64,000 nt of DNA from Stylophora pistillata. Lineage: Eukaryota. A model generated the notes under the pieces. It searched no databases. It worked only from the letters and a program-made list of their open reading frames with translations, and had not been told where the DNA came from. The position numbers and the translations under genes were made by a program. Shown in pieces: positions 49,648-62,521 of this stretch; within the stretch, counting starts at the first letter, position 1, and every line of letters starts with the position of its first letter. Location: NCBI RefSeq assembly GCF_002571385.2, contig NW_019217842.1:517064-581063 (forward strand), read 5' to 3'.

Positions 49648-50961
49648 ATGGAAAGCAGGGAACAAATAACCCCAGGTGAGACTCACACATAGACTCAATT
49701 ATTGCTCGTAGAACAAGCAACTTCAGCGACTCGTCAAACTGATGGCAACAGTATCAAGGAGGCGGATATGAAATCATGCATGTCGCCACTACCATGATCG
49801 ATCAGCACTTTAAACCTGTGTCAATTGATGGTGAAATGTGGTGTCAAACGGATATCTCAACTTTGCTGATCATATTCAAAACAAAATTTTCGAGGCAGGA
49901 AAAGGTTATCATAAAACTCTTTAAAATTCACTAACGAACCAGCAGTATCTGTGGCGGGGGTAACAGTCATTGTAAAAATTTTTGCAAATTCAATGCGGCT
50001 CTGAGCACTATTAACGGATACGTTCTACTTAGCAGGCATTGTGATGTTCAAATTCAATCGTAACTTTTTAGTATATTTTTAAAACATGCTATTTTCAGAG
50101 AATCCTCCACCCTACACACCACAGGCTCCTGTCACAGCTCAACCACCCAACCAACCGCAACTTGGTGTCTCTGCATTGTCAGGTTACCCAGGACAGCCTG
50201 CTAACCCAACACAGCCTGGTTACCCGGCACAGCCCGGCTACCCAGCCCAGCCTGGTTTCCAAGCACAGCCTGGTTACCCAGCACAGTCCGGGCAGCATCC
50301 TCAGCCTGGGTATTCTCCTCAGTATGGCTACCCACAAACGCAGCAGCCAGGTTATCCTCCCCAACCCACTCAACATGTCCAACAAAGTACCACTGTGGTC
50401 AACATGCAAGCACCTGTAAGTTCCTCACTGACTTTTTATAATTAAAATTCCTTATGGTGAAATCATGAACTCCAGATCCTCCTCGACCAGTTTGGAATGA
50501 ATACGTATGTCTTTAGAGGAAATGGGGTTTTTACACGCAAACTATATATCTATCTATCGAGCAAATGCCATATCATTAATGTTTTGCGCCACAAAAAAAT
50601 TTACCTTCAAGTTGAAGGAAACCATTAGATTTGGAAACTGACAAAGATAAACCAATAAGGGTTTAAAGAGCTAAAGATAAAGAAGACAGATAGGACTCCA
50701 AATAAGCCAACTTGAAAAGGATCAAACCCTGGCGGATCTCCCTGATTAGCTTCTGATTAGCAACAGAGCCAAACTACCAGAACTAAATTTAATCAGTTAG
50801 AAATGCGTAAAGGTTAGAACGTGGAACTCACGTTTAGTGTTTCCGAGTATTCAGATTTTAAGGCAACATGGATGTTTCGGAACGCAAAGAGTTTTTTTTT
50901 TTATCTAGAACCTTTTACTCTGTCAAGGAGCCCAAATATATATGCGTTATCGACCAAGCGT

Positions 50962-50994
<33 letters not shown>

Positions 50995-52219
50995 TTTTTG
51001 CATTTTTATAGACCGAGACGAAGTCGAGGTTCATGAAAACGCAAAAAAAAAAAAAAACAAAGAAAAAAACAAGGATCTTGACCAAACAAGCTTTGTCAGT
51101 AAAGGATTTACTGCATAGCAAAATATTTCGCTTTAATGATTAATGAGAACTGTTTATTTCGAGAGCCGGGAAAGAAAACCAACTGTGTTTGTTACACAGT
51201 GTGCCCAATTTCTTGAAAAAATTTTTCTCTGTTTTGGCTGTCTTCTACCGCTTTTTGCGACTTCGTCGCTGACATGTCCAAAAGTTACGAAGTTTCTAAG
51301 TCAGCTCCACGCACTCTTTCTCTTGCGCGGGAGCAAAACGGAATATCAAAAAGGAATATCTGTAAATAGAAGAATGTATTGAACAGGAAAATACACATTT
51401 CCATTTCTAGACGCGAAGAACGAGCTGTCTTTTCATTTGAAGGATTTATTGATATTCTCTTTCGTTCTCTTTCAAAGGCTCCGACGATCATCATGCCAAT
51501 GGCTCTTCCTCCTCCAAACTGGTTAGGCCTCTCCTTATTCACATGCTTTTGCTGCTTCCCGATTCTTGGAATAGCTGCTATTGTTTTCTCCATCATGGTA
51601 AGAATTTCTTTCATAATAAAATATCCTGAAACAAGTAGCTTTCATTGCGTTCACTCTTTGATTGTTAGGACATCTCTAATTCTAATCGTCCTGCCGTGAA
51701 TAGCTTCTTATGATTTCATTATACAGTTTAATTAAACGATGTACAATAGTTAGAGTCCTGTAGCTGCTATTTCCATAAGAAATCTCGAAGTATAAGCCAT
51801 TCATTTCAGCTGGCAAAATAATATATGAAAGATAATCTCCAAAATCATTTCGCAAAGAATGATTGCTTAGTTAGCCGTATAAATCCTGGGTAAATTCCGA
51901 TTATTTTCAATTGGCGCAATTCTATATCAAATCCCTAGATTATTTTCTTTGACATGACATTTTTGTTGGATAGCTGCACAACAGTTTATTACCAACAAGA
52001 ATTGGAAGTGAGCACTTTATTACGCTATCTAAACTTTGTTTGGCTAATACTCTTACTGATTACTGACTGCTGAATTCTCAGGTGGACAGTTCATATGCAG
52101 CAATGGATTATGACGGCGCTTGGAGGAATTCACAAATCGCCAAGTGGCTGAATATCGTCGGTATCGCCATGGGATGCTTTACGGTCATGCTCGTTATAAT
52201 CTTAACTACGACCGTGTAA
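49648..52219 (+). CDS. Proline-rich CD225/dispanin protein C (PRRT1/IFITM-like), about 200 aa, 4 coding exons
   Basis: Exons 49648-49675, 50099-50415 (ENPPPY, QPGYPA repeats), 51478-51597 (PPPNWLGLSLFTCFCCFPILGIAAIVFSIM) and 52082-52219 (VDSSYAAMDYDGAWRNSQIAKWLNIVGIAMGCFTVMLVIILTTTV*). GT-AG and frame-consistent. Confidence 0.9.
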
Positions 52220-52884
52220 AAACAAACAAAAAAAACAAACAAACAAACGAAAACACAAAAAGGTAAATCTACTGTTTTTGACCAGTGCACATCAGAGTAA
52301 GGTTTTTCGTGTATTTTTGCTTCAATATTTGGTCGACTAATGACGCCGCTTCTTTAAGTTCAAACATTTAAATGATTTTTACACACCCATTGTTTGTGGA
52401 GGTGTCTAAATTTAATTGCAATTTTAATAACGTACACACTTGTGGAAGATATGTGCAGCACGTAGGGATAACTTAACAAAATCCATTAAAATTTGAAAAC
52501 AGGGATGTTATAGTAGCAATGATAACTGATCTGAATGAAAACAGAAATAATACATGAAGTTCTTACACATAGTTATTTCCAATAGAATTGCCCAGTTGCG
52601 CTCGGTTGATATCAATGCACTCTACTCTGAAAATAAAAAATGCTTACTTTTCGAACGTCGATAAAGTTCTCATTGTGGATAACAATTGCTCTCCTCCAAA
52701 TCTCAGTTTCACCCAACAAAAGAACACTCACACCTTGGGTGTGGCTCGCTTCAAGCCAAGCGTTCGTTTTGTTCTCGAAAAGACAACAAGATAGGTGACG
52801 ATTTATAGAGAAGTCATTTCTAAGTAAAACAAAATGCATATATGTATGTATATATTCAGTTTCTCACCATTTTCACTGCATTAC

Positions 52885-53224
52885 CGCAGTAGGGTAGGAC
52901 TAGAACGGAACATATGCGATCCATGCGAGTAGTCCACTCATTAAATCCCACCCATCCCACCCCAGGAGAGGACATCCATCACACAGTAATCTCGTGATTG
53001 GGAAACTAACGTCTCCTACCTCTAACCCTGCAGGAGACGGGACCTCCCTTTATTCGTCCCTATCCGAGAAGACTAGAGTATCTAACCATTTCTTGATGTT
53101 ATAGAAATGTAGCATATTCTTCTCAATTATTTTAAGACCTTAAGTGTTGGTCCGGCCGGGGCTTAAACAGTCGACCTCCCGCACGACAGTCCAGCGCTCT
53201 ATCCATTGAGCTGACCGGGAGGCG
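52885..53224 (-). mobile_element. tRNA-derived SINE with conserved central (Nin/Deu-like) domain
   Basis: Minus-strand head gcctcccggtcagctcaatggatagagcgctgg...gggaggtcg, central ctagtcttctcggatagggacgaataaa...ggtcccgtctcc; adjacent to (TA)n. Domain assignment from memory of the family. Confidence 0.6.
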
Positions 53225-53534
53225 TATATATATATATATATATATANNNNNNNNNNNNNNNNNNNNNNATGTAGTTACGTCCTTTTTTCCTCTCACAATA
53301 TATATATATATATATATATAATCGATGTAACATTCAGCTTCAAATATCTAAATCAAAAGGTAACTGACAAGGGGTCGTGGAACAACAGCTGGGTCAAAAA
53401 CCTCCCCGTACGTCCACTTGCACCGAAGAGGAAAACCCCAGGCCAGCCGTACGCAATGTACAACGGTCCCCAGGGCAAGAACAAGAGAAAGATAGATACT
53501 AAAATAAATTAGAAAGAGGTACGCACGAGAAAAT

Positions 53535-54120
53535 TAAGTACCTAAAGCCTTAGGCATCGACACGTGAAGATAAAGAATCTTGAACATACCCGTCCTTAGC
53601 CAATTCACGGGCTCAGCGGCCGAAAAAAAAAAAACCGTCTGGCACGCCAAAACTTGTAGCAGCAGTAGCTCCGCCACTCCTAATACAATATGTACCAATG
53701 GCAAAAATATCCGGTACAATATCTTTAAAAGCCTCTAGCACTAATTCTCTTAACCGCGGATATCTTAAACCTTTAGCCCTAGGCTTATAACTACATAAGT
53801 TTTGGCCAGCTGGCAAAACAAAGGGTTATCGCAGGAAAGGCCAGCTCTCTCTAAATAACAGTCCATCATAGCAACCGAACAAGTTGGTTTCCCCTACAAA
53901 AATCCAAGCTCCATTCCTATACTGATCAGTTTTACTTGAATGAATGAATGAATAAGTTATACAAAGAGGCCATCGAGTCCGCCTTACAGGCAACTAACTA
54001 TTGTGACTGAAAGGCCGTGATAGGCTCCTTCTTGGATGTGTGATGGGCCAGCAAACGTTGCGCAACGGAAAGGATACTCTTAACCAACGGATGTTCAGTA
54101 GGAAACGGCTTGCCACCACC
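53535..54120 (-). mobile_element. Degenerate tyrosine-recombinase (DIRS/Ngaro) retroelement fragment
   Basis: LVLEAFKDIVPDIFAIGTYCIRSGGATAATSFGVPD resembles the 6.5-kb YR fragment; many frameshifts. Confidence 0.65.
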
Positions 54121-57100
54121 ATGACCGGCTGGCTCCTGGGGAGATGCTGTCTTCGCCTTAGTCAATAAATGACGCAAATAAATGGGAAAAGTGAAACTAT
54201 GATGCAGGTAAAGCTGTCAAGCCATGTTTTCGGGCCTAAGACTTCCATCTGTTGTAAGAAGAGATATAATTGGAAGAAGTACTGAGTGCTCTACCAGCCA
54301 TTGCAAACATCCCAAGAGAGAACTTGCAAGGTAGAGTAAAGCACCAGATCCCTGGGGAACAGCAGCCTGAGAATCCGAACACATCGTACAACTGAAAACA
54401 TCCTCAAAATAAAAGTAGAAAGAGCACACGCACAATGAAAAATTAAAAACAAACAAAAATAACCCCAACGCTGGAAACGCAAGACCGAGACGACCGCCCA
54501 ATAGGTATCCTCCGCTAATTACCCACATGCCAGCGCACATGCCTAAACAAACATAGGATACCGATGAGAGCATATTTTCCTGCTAATTACCAAGTCGAAC
54601 GCAGGAACATACTACTTGCAAAGCACTTAGTAATAGGTTGATAGCAGTCAACCTACATAACTTTTTAGGAGACGACATAAATGATGAATGCAAATAGCAG
54701 TTTTAAAGGTTCGGTGATTTCGACCAACTATAACTGTCTAAGAGGGTAGGTTTCTAAAGAAACTGTGGTGCTGTATCGGTGAGGAGTATTATAGGATAAG
54801 TTGGTTTCATCAGCTGAAATGATAAAGCGTTGGCCCTTTTTCACGACCTACAGAGGGGATAATCGGTAAGAGCGTATTTTTGCCTATCATTCTTTTTATT
54901 GTTTTTCGCTTCGATTTACGGTCGGTCGTTTATGGTTGTTATGCAATGTTTGGTGGAGGTCTATTGATGCAAACCTAGCTCGTAGAAACCAAGCCACTTA
55001 CATCATTAGGGCCCTTTATAACGGGAAAATAATCCGCGGCTTGTAAACGACGCGAACCCATCCTATAAAAGGCATATTTTGAAGGCTTATGCAAGACGAT
55101 GGTTTTGGGCAAGTCTATAAATGGCTTCTCCCGACCTCTTCATAGCTTTTTAAAATCTTAAATCGAAAATCATACGCTATAACTCAGCTGTTCAATAGAA
55201 AGATCAGAGAAACTCAGACGCTGGATTCAATTAAATTTTTTTCAGGTGGTGCGCGGCCTACGACCACAGTCCATTATTTTCACACACTTCCAACACGGCG
55301 GTGTCACCATTTAGTTACGCGTTTCGAAGAGAAAAGTTCGAGTCCAATTTTTCCTTAATACCAAGCTATGCGGACTAAAAAACTGACAACTGTAACATAA
55401 ACCCTTCCTCAATAACCTGAAGCTACTAATTTTGATAAAAAGTTTATAATCGTGAATTTTTGAATAAGAATGAGAGGACCTTTTTCTGGGGGTGCAAATC
55501 CCTGTAAATCGCACCTCGTTCTCTCATGTTATTTTACTATTCCTTGCTTCCACCTGACTGAAACGTGCATCTAATTATTCCCTATGGATATTACGAGTCC
55601 TTAAGTGAATTGTACTGTAGTGCATCTCTAGTTATTTCTGAAATAGCTCCGAAAACTGCGTTTGAAGTTGACGGTGTTTTGCTATACTTAGTTTGGTGCT
55701 GTGACTGTTTGCTCGCGGGAAGAAGGTAACATAGCTTACAGTATCGGAGCCAAAAATACTGTGACAGATTGACCTAAAATTGTTAAGCCCCAAATTTACA
55801 GAAGGAGCAGTGAGCAAAAGAACGCGGCATTTTGGCATTACTGGGAATAACCCAGNAAAGCAAAGGATACGTTTGTTGAGCCTTTGACGTCATGATGACG
55901 TTTTTGCGGGCTTGGCTGGAACATGTTTTCAGCAATGGCGGACGAATTTTGGACGACTTTGAAGCGGTAAAAATTGGTCATCGAAGGTTTGTTTTGAGTT
56001 TTTAATAGCAAAAAGGGTCTCAACTTGACCCAATTCAACATTGTGTAAACAATTTAGGCCAAAATAAAATGGTCAATTTTCGTCTCAGGGGCACTTTAAT
56101 AAGTTTCCTATTTCAATCAGTTTCATTTAAGCACATGTACTAGATAATGTATTTAATTAATCGCTATTAGTTGCCGTTGACACTGCCAAATTTTGTTTGC
56201 TATTTTCGAATCATCTGCTATCGACGAGTTACCTACAATCATTAGTAGCTAGACCAAAGTTGGTCTTTCTTTATTTTACATTTAAGATATTTCCCTCTTT
56301 GGTCTGTATTAATAATGTATTATTAATGCAGAGTCGAAGCGCAAAATTGTAACACCTCAGCTGCTCGTAGAATTGTAACTCCTCAGCTGCTTTCAGGTAA
56401 GCGGCCTCCAGTTTTAAAATTTTGGACCAAAATCTAGTCCAAAATTATGAGCTTACCCGATACTTTCGGCCTTCTAGTCTCTCTATTCTAACCTTTTACT
56501 TTCCTCTTGTTCAGCGATCTTTACGGGAAGGGCCAGACTGAAATCCATCAAAAACTACAAACGGTTTCACGCAACTGCGACTAGATAGTTCCAAATATCC
56601 GGTACAAATGCCTAGAGAACTGTTGTCATAAAAGAATGTAACTCTTACAGCTAAAAAACCGATAATGCAAGCAAACAGGGTTTGAAAATGCCTGAAGATG
56701 GTTTCCTACTGAAACAAATTTGCATTCAGTCGCTAAAACATACCTTTTGGATTGATCAGTTTGCTGAATACTTGTTTAGTGTCAAAGCCTCGTAAAGCTA
56801 GCAAGAAGCGTCAACAGCAGCTGTTTTTTAGTGGCCGATAAATTTTCTTTTAAATTCGCTAAGAAGTACTGATTCTCATATCAACAAGAACATTTGAATG
56901 CCAGGAATTTCATGCCGACCTTACGCGCGCTTTTTATGGAAATCACCTCGAAGCAAAAGTTGACCCAGACCTAGTACTTGTCCATGATCGGATGCTTCTA
57001 GATCTGTTCAGCTAAGACATTGTCTTGTTATTCGAGTCAGCGCTACTAATCATTCACCGTTACGGTCTACTCCGCTTTTATGGAAATCAGCTCGAAGCAA

Positions 57101-58421
57101 AACTTAACCCAGACCCAGTACTTGTCCATGATGGGATGCTTTCGTTCAGCTAAGGCGTTGTTTTGTTATTTGAGTCAGCGCTAATCTACTCCACTGGGGC
57201 TTCGTTTTGGTTTTTCAGAAGCACTCCGCGTCAAAAATCAGTCGTAGTTTTCTTCCTTAAAGGTAAGAGTAACTGCTTCTATCGAGTCTTGCATGGTTTT
57301 CATCGAATGAGTGCCTGCCTGAGAATTAAGCGGAGCAGAGCAAACTAAATCTGAATGCATCTAATTCGTCTAAAGATCAAACATTTTGCACCGATGCCTC
57401 AGTTGTAAATCTTGACATATGGATTTCACGTTTCAAGCGAGAATTTAGCCAAATAGAACTTGTAAGCGAGAAACCGTCCCGTAAGCAGTTTGGAGTTTAA
57501 ATTAGGTTAAGCTTTATTCATGCATGTCGCATTCTTGGCAAAAAAAGCAATTTACTGTGGGTTTTGGAAAAACTAGATTGTTTAAAAGGTAACTGCGTAC
57601 GTAAAAAATTGGAAGAGCAGCTACTTGTATTCATTTTCAAGAAATTTCTACATTGGATGGGCAGTAAAGAGGTAAATTAGTCGTATAACTTGTTTTCAAT
57701 AAGGGCAATCGAACATGGATCGCTTACGATGCAAATTTAGTTGTCTACGTTTTAATTACTTCTTAAAGACATCTCGAAACCTTTCAACTCCTGTTTCGAG
57801 AGACAACAGAACTAGTTCTCTCTACTTTCGTGGCATCATTTTCCTCTTTAGAGCAGAGTTCCTAATGCGCATTCATCGATAAATTACGAAGCATTAACAG
57901 CGTGGATTGCTGAAGTGGTTTCTGCTCCAAACGACGCGAATACAATCGCAACCTGAGCTCGTTGCGTGTAATAAATGAAATTTCAATGCAGGCGATCCAT
58001 CTTGAGAGTATTTTAAGCGTTTCTCTCTGCGGAATTTGCTCTGCTTACAATACAAATTTAGTTGTCTACGTTTATACTGCTTCTCAAAGAAATCTCGAAA
58101 TCTCCAACTCCCGTTTCTAGAGATAACAGAACTAGTTCTCTCTACTTCCGCGGTATCATTTTCCTCTTTCTTGTAGAGTTCCTAGTGCATGTTCATCGAT
58201 AAATTACGAAGCATTAACGGCGTGGATTGGTGAAGTCGTTTCTGTTCCAAATTGCCCGATTACAATCGCAAATGAAAATGTGATTGTGTTTCAATTAAAA
58301 AAAAAAGGTAACAACAGATGGGTACTAACAGAACAAATTATACGCTTATTTGAAATTAGACCCCTGACTGATCGTTAGACTTTTTAAGGTATTTCTCGTT
58401 GCGTTCTTGCCGGAATTTGTG

Positions 58422-59706
58422 TGTCTTCGATTACTTTTGCCTCCTTGAAACAACAGCTCCGAACCTTTTAACTCCCGTTTTGAGAGACAGCAAAACTCTT
58501 CAGCTCAGTCACGGTATTTTATTTTCCCTTCCGAGAAGAGTCGTAAATACCACACTGTTGACATATTAATGTTATGATTAGGAACGGCGTGTGACGTAGA
58601 TTGGTAAAGTCGTTCTGTTGCAAATGGCGTTGGTTACTGTAATCGTAGCCGGCTTGCTGTGTGATATATTATGAGTAGCAACGGCGTGTGTCGTTTGATG
58701 AAGATTGGTAGAGTCGTTCTGCCGTAAATGGCGCTGTTTACTCTAAACGTAGCCGTCTTGTTGTGTGAAAGAAAAGAAGTGCCATTTTTATTTCAGAATT
58801 TTAGGAGTTGCTCAAGATGGGTTATACGGCTCATCGTCGGTGTAAAAACCTGTGAAGCTCACGAGTGACCTAAAACAAAGACAACAAAACATTATAAACG
58901 ATAGCATACAGCATAGTTAGTAGAGGGGATGGTTATGAAACCCGGTAAACACCAAAGGGTTTAACCAGAGCGCGGTCGGCCATGTTAAACAGACCCGTCA
59001 CGTGACTCTGACCGTGCACAAATATTCATTCAAGATGGCGGACTGTGTAGACGATCTGTTTGTGTGGTGAGACGAATTTGAGGCGATCCTGGATATGTTG
59101 GAAGACGATGACGAAGTAGAGGAACAATTTTCCGTNNNNNNNNNNNNNNNNNNNNNNNNNNNNNNNNNNNNNNNNNNNNNNNNNNNNNNNNNNNNNNNNN
59201 NNNNNNGTGTCTTCGATTACTTTTGCCTCCTTGAAACAACAGCTCCGAACCTTTTAACTCCCGTTTTGAGAGACAGCAAAACTCTTCAGCTCAGTCACGG
59301 TATTTTATTTTCCATTCCGAGAAGAGTCGTGAATACCACACTGTTGACATATTAATGTTATGATTAGCAACGGCGTGTGACGTAGATTGGTAAAGTCGTT
59401 CTGTTGCAAATGGCGTTGGTTACTGTAATCGTAGCCGGCTTGCTGTGTGATATATTATGAGTAGCAACGGCGTGTGTCGTTTGATGAAGATTGGTAGAGT
59501 CGTTCTGCCGTAAATGGCGCTGTTTACTCTAAACGTAGCCGTCTTGTTGTGTGAAAGAAAAGAAGTGCCATTTTTATTTCAGAATTTTAGGAGTTGCTCA
59601 AGATGGGTTATACGGCTCATCGTCGGTGTAAAAACCTGTGAAGCTCACGAGTGACCTAAAACAAAGACAACAAAACATTATAAACGATAGCGTACAGCAT
59701 AGTTAG
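58422..59706 (+). repeat. About 500-bp near-identical direct duplication (58422-58920 and 59207-59706) either side of an N-gap
   Basis: gtgtcttcgattactttttgcctcc...agcatagttag appears twice with few substitutions; possibly uncollapsed haplotypes. Confidence 0.85.
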
Positions 59707-59869
59707 AGCGACTTTCGCTCCGACGAAGGGCTAACGCTCGAAACGTCAGCTTTTGTAATCATTACGGTGGCCAATTTACCATTTCAACTTTGTTGATATA
59801 TCCAAATTATTTCGTTACTCCCACCGACGCAGCCCCAAACAGTTTCTTTCGAAACTATTACTAACTATG
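59698..59869 (+). mobile_element. P-element-like TIR remnant enclosing a Penelope pLTR with hammerhead (59717-59750)
   Basis: Termini catagttag...ctaactatg with flanking duplication cgtacag (59691-59697 and 59870-59876); interior nearly identical to 12098-12235. Confidence 0.65.
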
Positions 59870-60409
59870 CGTACAGCAAAACAATACCTCATGAAACAAA
59901 GAAAACCTCGTCAGGTTTTTACACCGAGGATGACCCGGTTATACTGAAGTGAATTGTTCATATATCTTGCTAAAAATGCAGAGAATTGATCAAGATAAAA
60001 TTCAAAGTATGCCTCACTACACCCTTCTCGGAGTTCACTACCTTTTTTCTGGCCCCTATGGTTATTTGGGGCAGCTAGTACTCCTTCATATTCTTGTCAA
60101 TTTATGATTATTTTTATCTGTATTTTTTATGTTGGGCACAAATAATGTTGTTGTTGTTGTTGTTGTTGTTGCTACAGTGCAAAGTTACCTTCGATTACTT
60201 TTGTTTGTCAGAGAGAACATCTCCGAAACTTTCCTCTCTTTAGGATAGACATAACCCTTTCGTTATTTAGTAGCTTTAACTCACTTTGAAGAAGAGTTCG
60301 TTAGAGCTGAGCACATGGATTGATCGATTACGAAATAACGGCCTGTGATGTGCGGTTTGGCTTGGTAAAATCGTTTTCTTTGCATTAAACGAACAATATT
60401 TGCTCTCTA

Positions 60410-60527
60410 TAGGTAATCACGTGATTTCGAGTGCAATTTAGAATAAATAAGCACGAGAAAATTTTCTAACAAAATTGCATGAGACCGTAGGGCGAGTGCA
60501 ATTTGTGGTCTTTCAAAAAATCTGCTA

Positions 60528-60563
<36 letters not shown>

Positions 60564-60995
60564 GCGATTGTGTATTAATAATATAAATGAAAAAATTCGA
60601 GGTAGCTTATCATTATTATGCAGAAGAAAAGCGCGCGCATCACGTGCAAAAATAATTTATTCAAACCCTGCAAGTGACATTGTGCGTTCGGTCAAAACAA
60701 CCGCGCACGATCAAAACAATAAGATAAAATGAAATTTTCACATGTTTAAGGCGCATAAAAGTTCAAAGTCCGGCTAAACAGTTCAAGGAATTGTTCATTG
60801 AGTTTGGTAATTCTGTGAGTTTGTTTGACCAATCAAAATGTTCGGTTTGTTAGTTTCTTTGCACTGAATTAACCATCCTCTGCACTGAATTAGCCATCCT
60901 CTGCACTGAATTAATTCTCTTCTGCACTGAATTACCTGAAAACTGCATTTATCTTGTCTAATCAGAACTGAGTAGTTTTTCATGTATATTATTAC
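60410..60995. mobile_element. Non-autonomous dispersed repeat with internal 21-bp tandem units
   Basis: Internal inverted segment aataaataagcac...gtgcttatttatt and four tgcactgaatta units at about 60860-60935. Confidence 0.45.
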
Positions 60996-61083
60996 AGATC
61001 AAACATTGCGATCTTCATCAAAAATGAGAGCATCGCGAGAACAAGAGTAATTCCTTTTCCCTTCCTTCATCTAATCAAGGTCA

Positions 61084-62521
61084 TGTCAGCCAGTCTGGAC
61101 AGAAGACATGCTATTTGGCACGTTTATCGATTATCCTATGATTTCCAGAACATTCTTGATTAGTCCCTTGGGGAAGTTCTAGTGGTTTCGACATGAGTAC
61201 GTGACGTTTATTTATAGAAACTCGAGTTGTTTACCGTAAATTCTGGAAAATTCTATGATGTAATGTTACTAAATAGTCGTGTTGTAAATCTGTAGAATCT
61301 TCTAGAAAGATTGTAAGGAACTATATGAGAAGGTGCAGTAGGTTGTTGCGTTTAGACGAAAAAGAGGAAAAAGAAGAAAAAGAAGAGAAAAAGATAAAGG
61401 AAATAAAGGAGTTAGCGAAAACAATTCATTTTAAGGTTTATCACGAAACCAAGGCTAAAAGGAGGAAAAGCATAAAATCTCTGACTAGACCAGCTAATAC
61501 TAAAAGCATCAACAGCTGATGCACCTGGCTCTGGATGCCAAGAAAGAAACTGATCTAATTTAGCATTCAGTCTAGANNNNNNNNNNNNNNNNNNNNNNNN
61601 NNNNNNNNNNNNNNNNNNNNNNNNNNNNNNNNNNNNNNNNNNNNNNNNNNNNNNNNNNNNNNNNNNNNNNNNNNNNNNNNNNNNNNNNNNNNNNNNNNNN
61701 NNNNNNNNNNNNNNNNNNNNNNNNNNNNNNNNNNNNNNNNNNNNNNNNNNNNNNNNNNNNNNNNNNNNNNNNNNNNNNNNNNNNNNNNNNNNNNNNNNNN
61801 NNNNNNNNNNNNNNNNNNNNNNNNNNNNNNNNNNNNNNNNNNNNNNNNNNNNNNNNNNNNNNNNNNNNNNNNNNNNNNNNNNNNNNNNNNNNNNNNNNNN
61901 NNNNNNNNNNNNNNNNNNNNNNNNNNNNNNNNNNNNNNNNNNNNNNNNNNNNNNNNNNNNNNNNNNNNNNNNNNNNNNNNNNNNNNNNNNNNNNNNNNNN
62001 NNNNNNNNNNNNNNNNNNNNNNNNNNNNNNNNNNNNNNNNNNNNNNNNNNNNNNNNNNNNNNNNNNNNNNNNNNNNNNNNNNNNNNNNNNNNNNNNNNNN
62101 NNNNNNNNNNNNNNNNNNNNNNNNNNNNNNNNNNNNNNNNNNNNNNNNNNNNNNNNNNNNNNNNNNNNNNNNNNNNNNNNNNNNNNNNNNNNNNNNNNNN
62201 NNNNNNNNNNNNNNNNNNNNNNNNNNNNNNNNNNNNNNNNNNNNNNNNNNNNNNNNNNNNNNNNNNNNNNNNNNNNNNNNNNNNNNNNNNNNNNNNNNNN
62301 NNNNNNNNNNNNNNNNNNNNNNNNNNNNNNNNNNNNNNAAATAGTCGTGTTGTAAATCTGTAGAATCTTCTAGAAAGATTGTAAGGAACTATATAAGAAG
62401 GTACAGTAGGTTGTTGCGTTTAGACGAAAAAGAGGAAAAAGAAGAAAAAGAAGAGAAAAAGATAAAGGAAATAAAGGAGTTAGCGAAAACAATTCATTTT
62501 AAGGTTTATCACGAAACCACA
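61084..62521 (+). mobile_element. LTR-like sequence; about 180 bp repeated across an N-gap (61271-61451 and 62339-62519)
   Basis: Begins tgtc, contains ttctaga repeats, a TATA-like tatataag and a purine-rich tract; no internal ORF visible. Confidence 0.45.

Noticed and set aside
60855-60940. CRISPR-like short repeats
   Set aside because: 21-bp tandem units with no unique spacers, in a eukaryotic repeat with no cas genes.
61325-61519. Lys/Glu-rich ORF
   Set aside because: Translation of a purine-rich tract within the LTR-like repeat.
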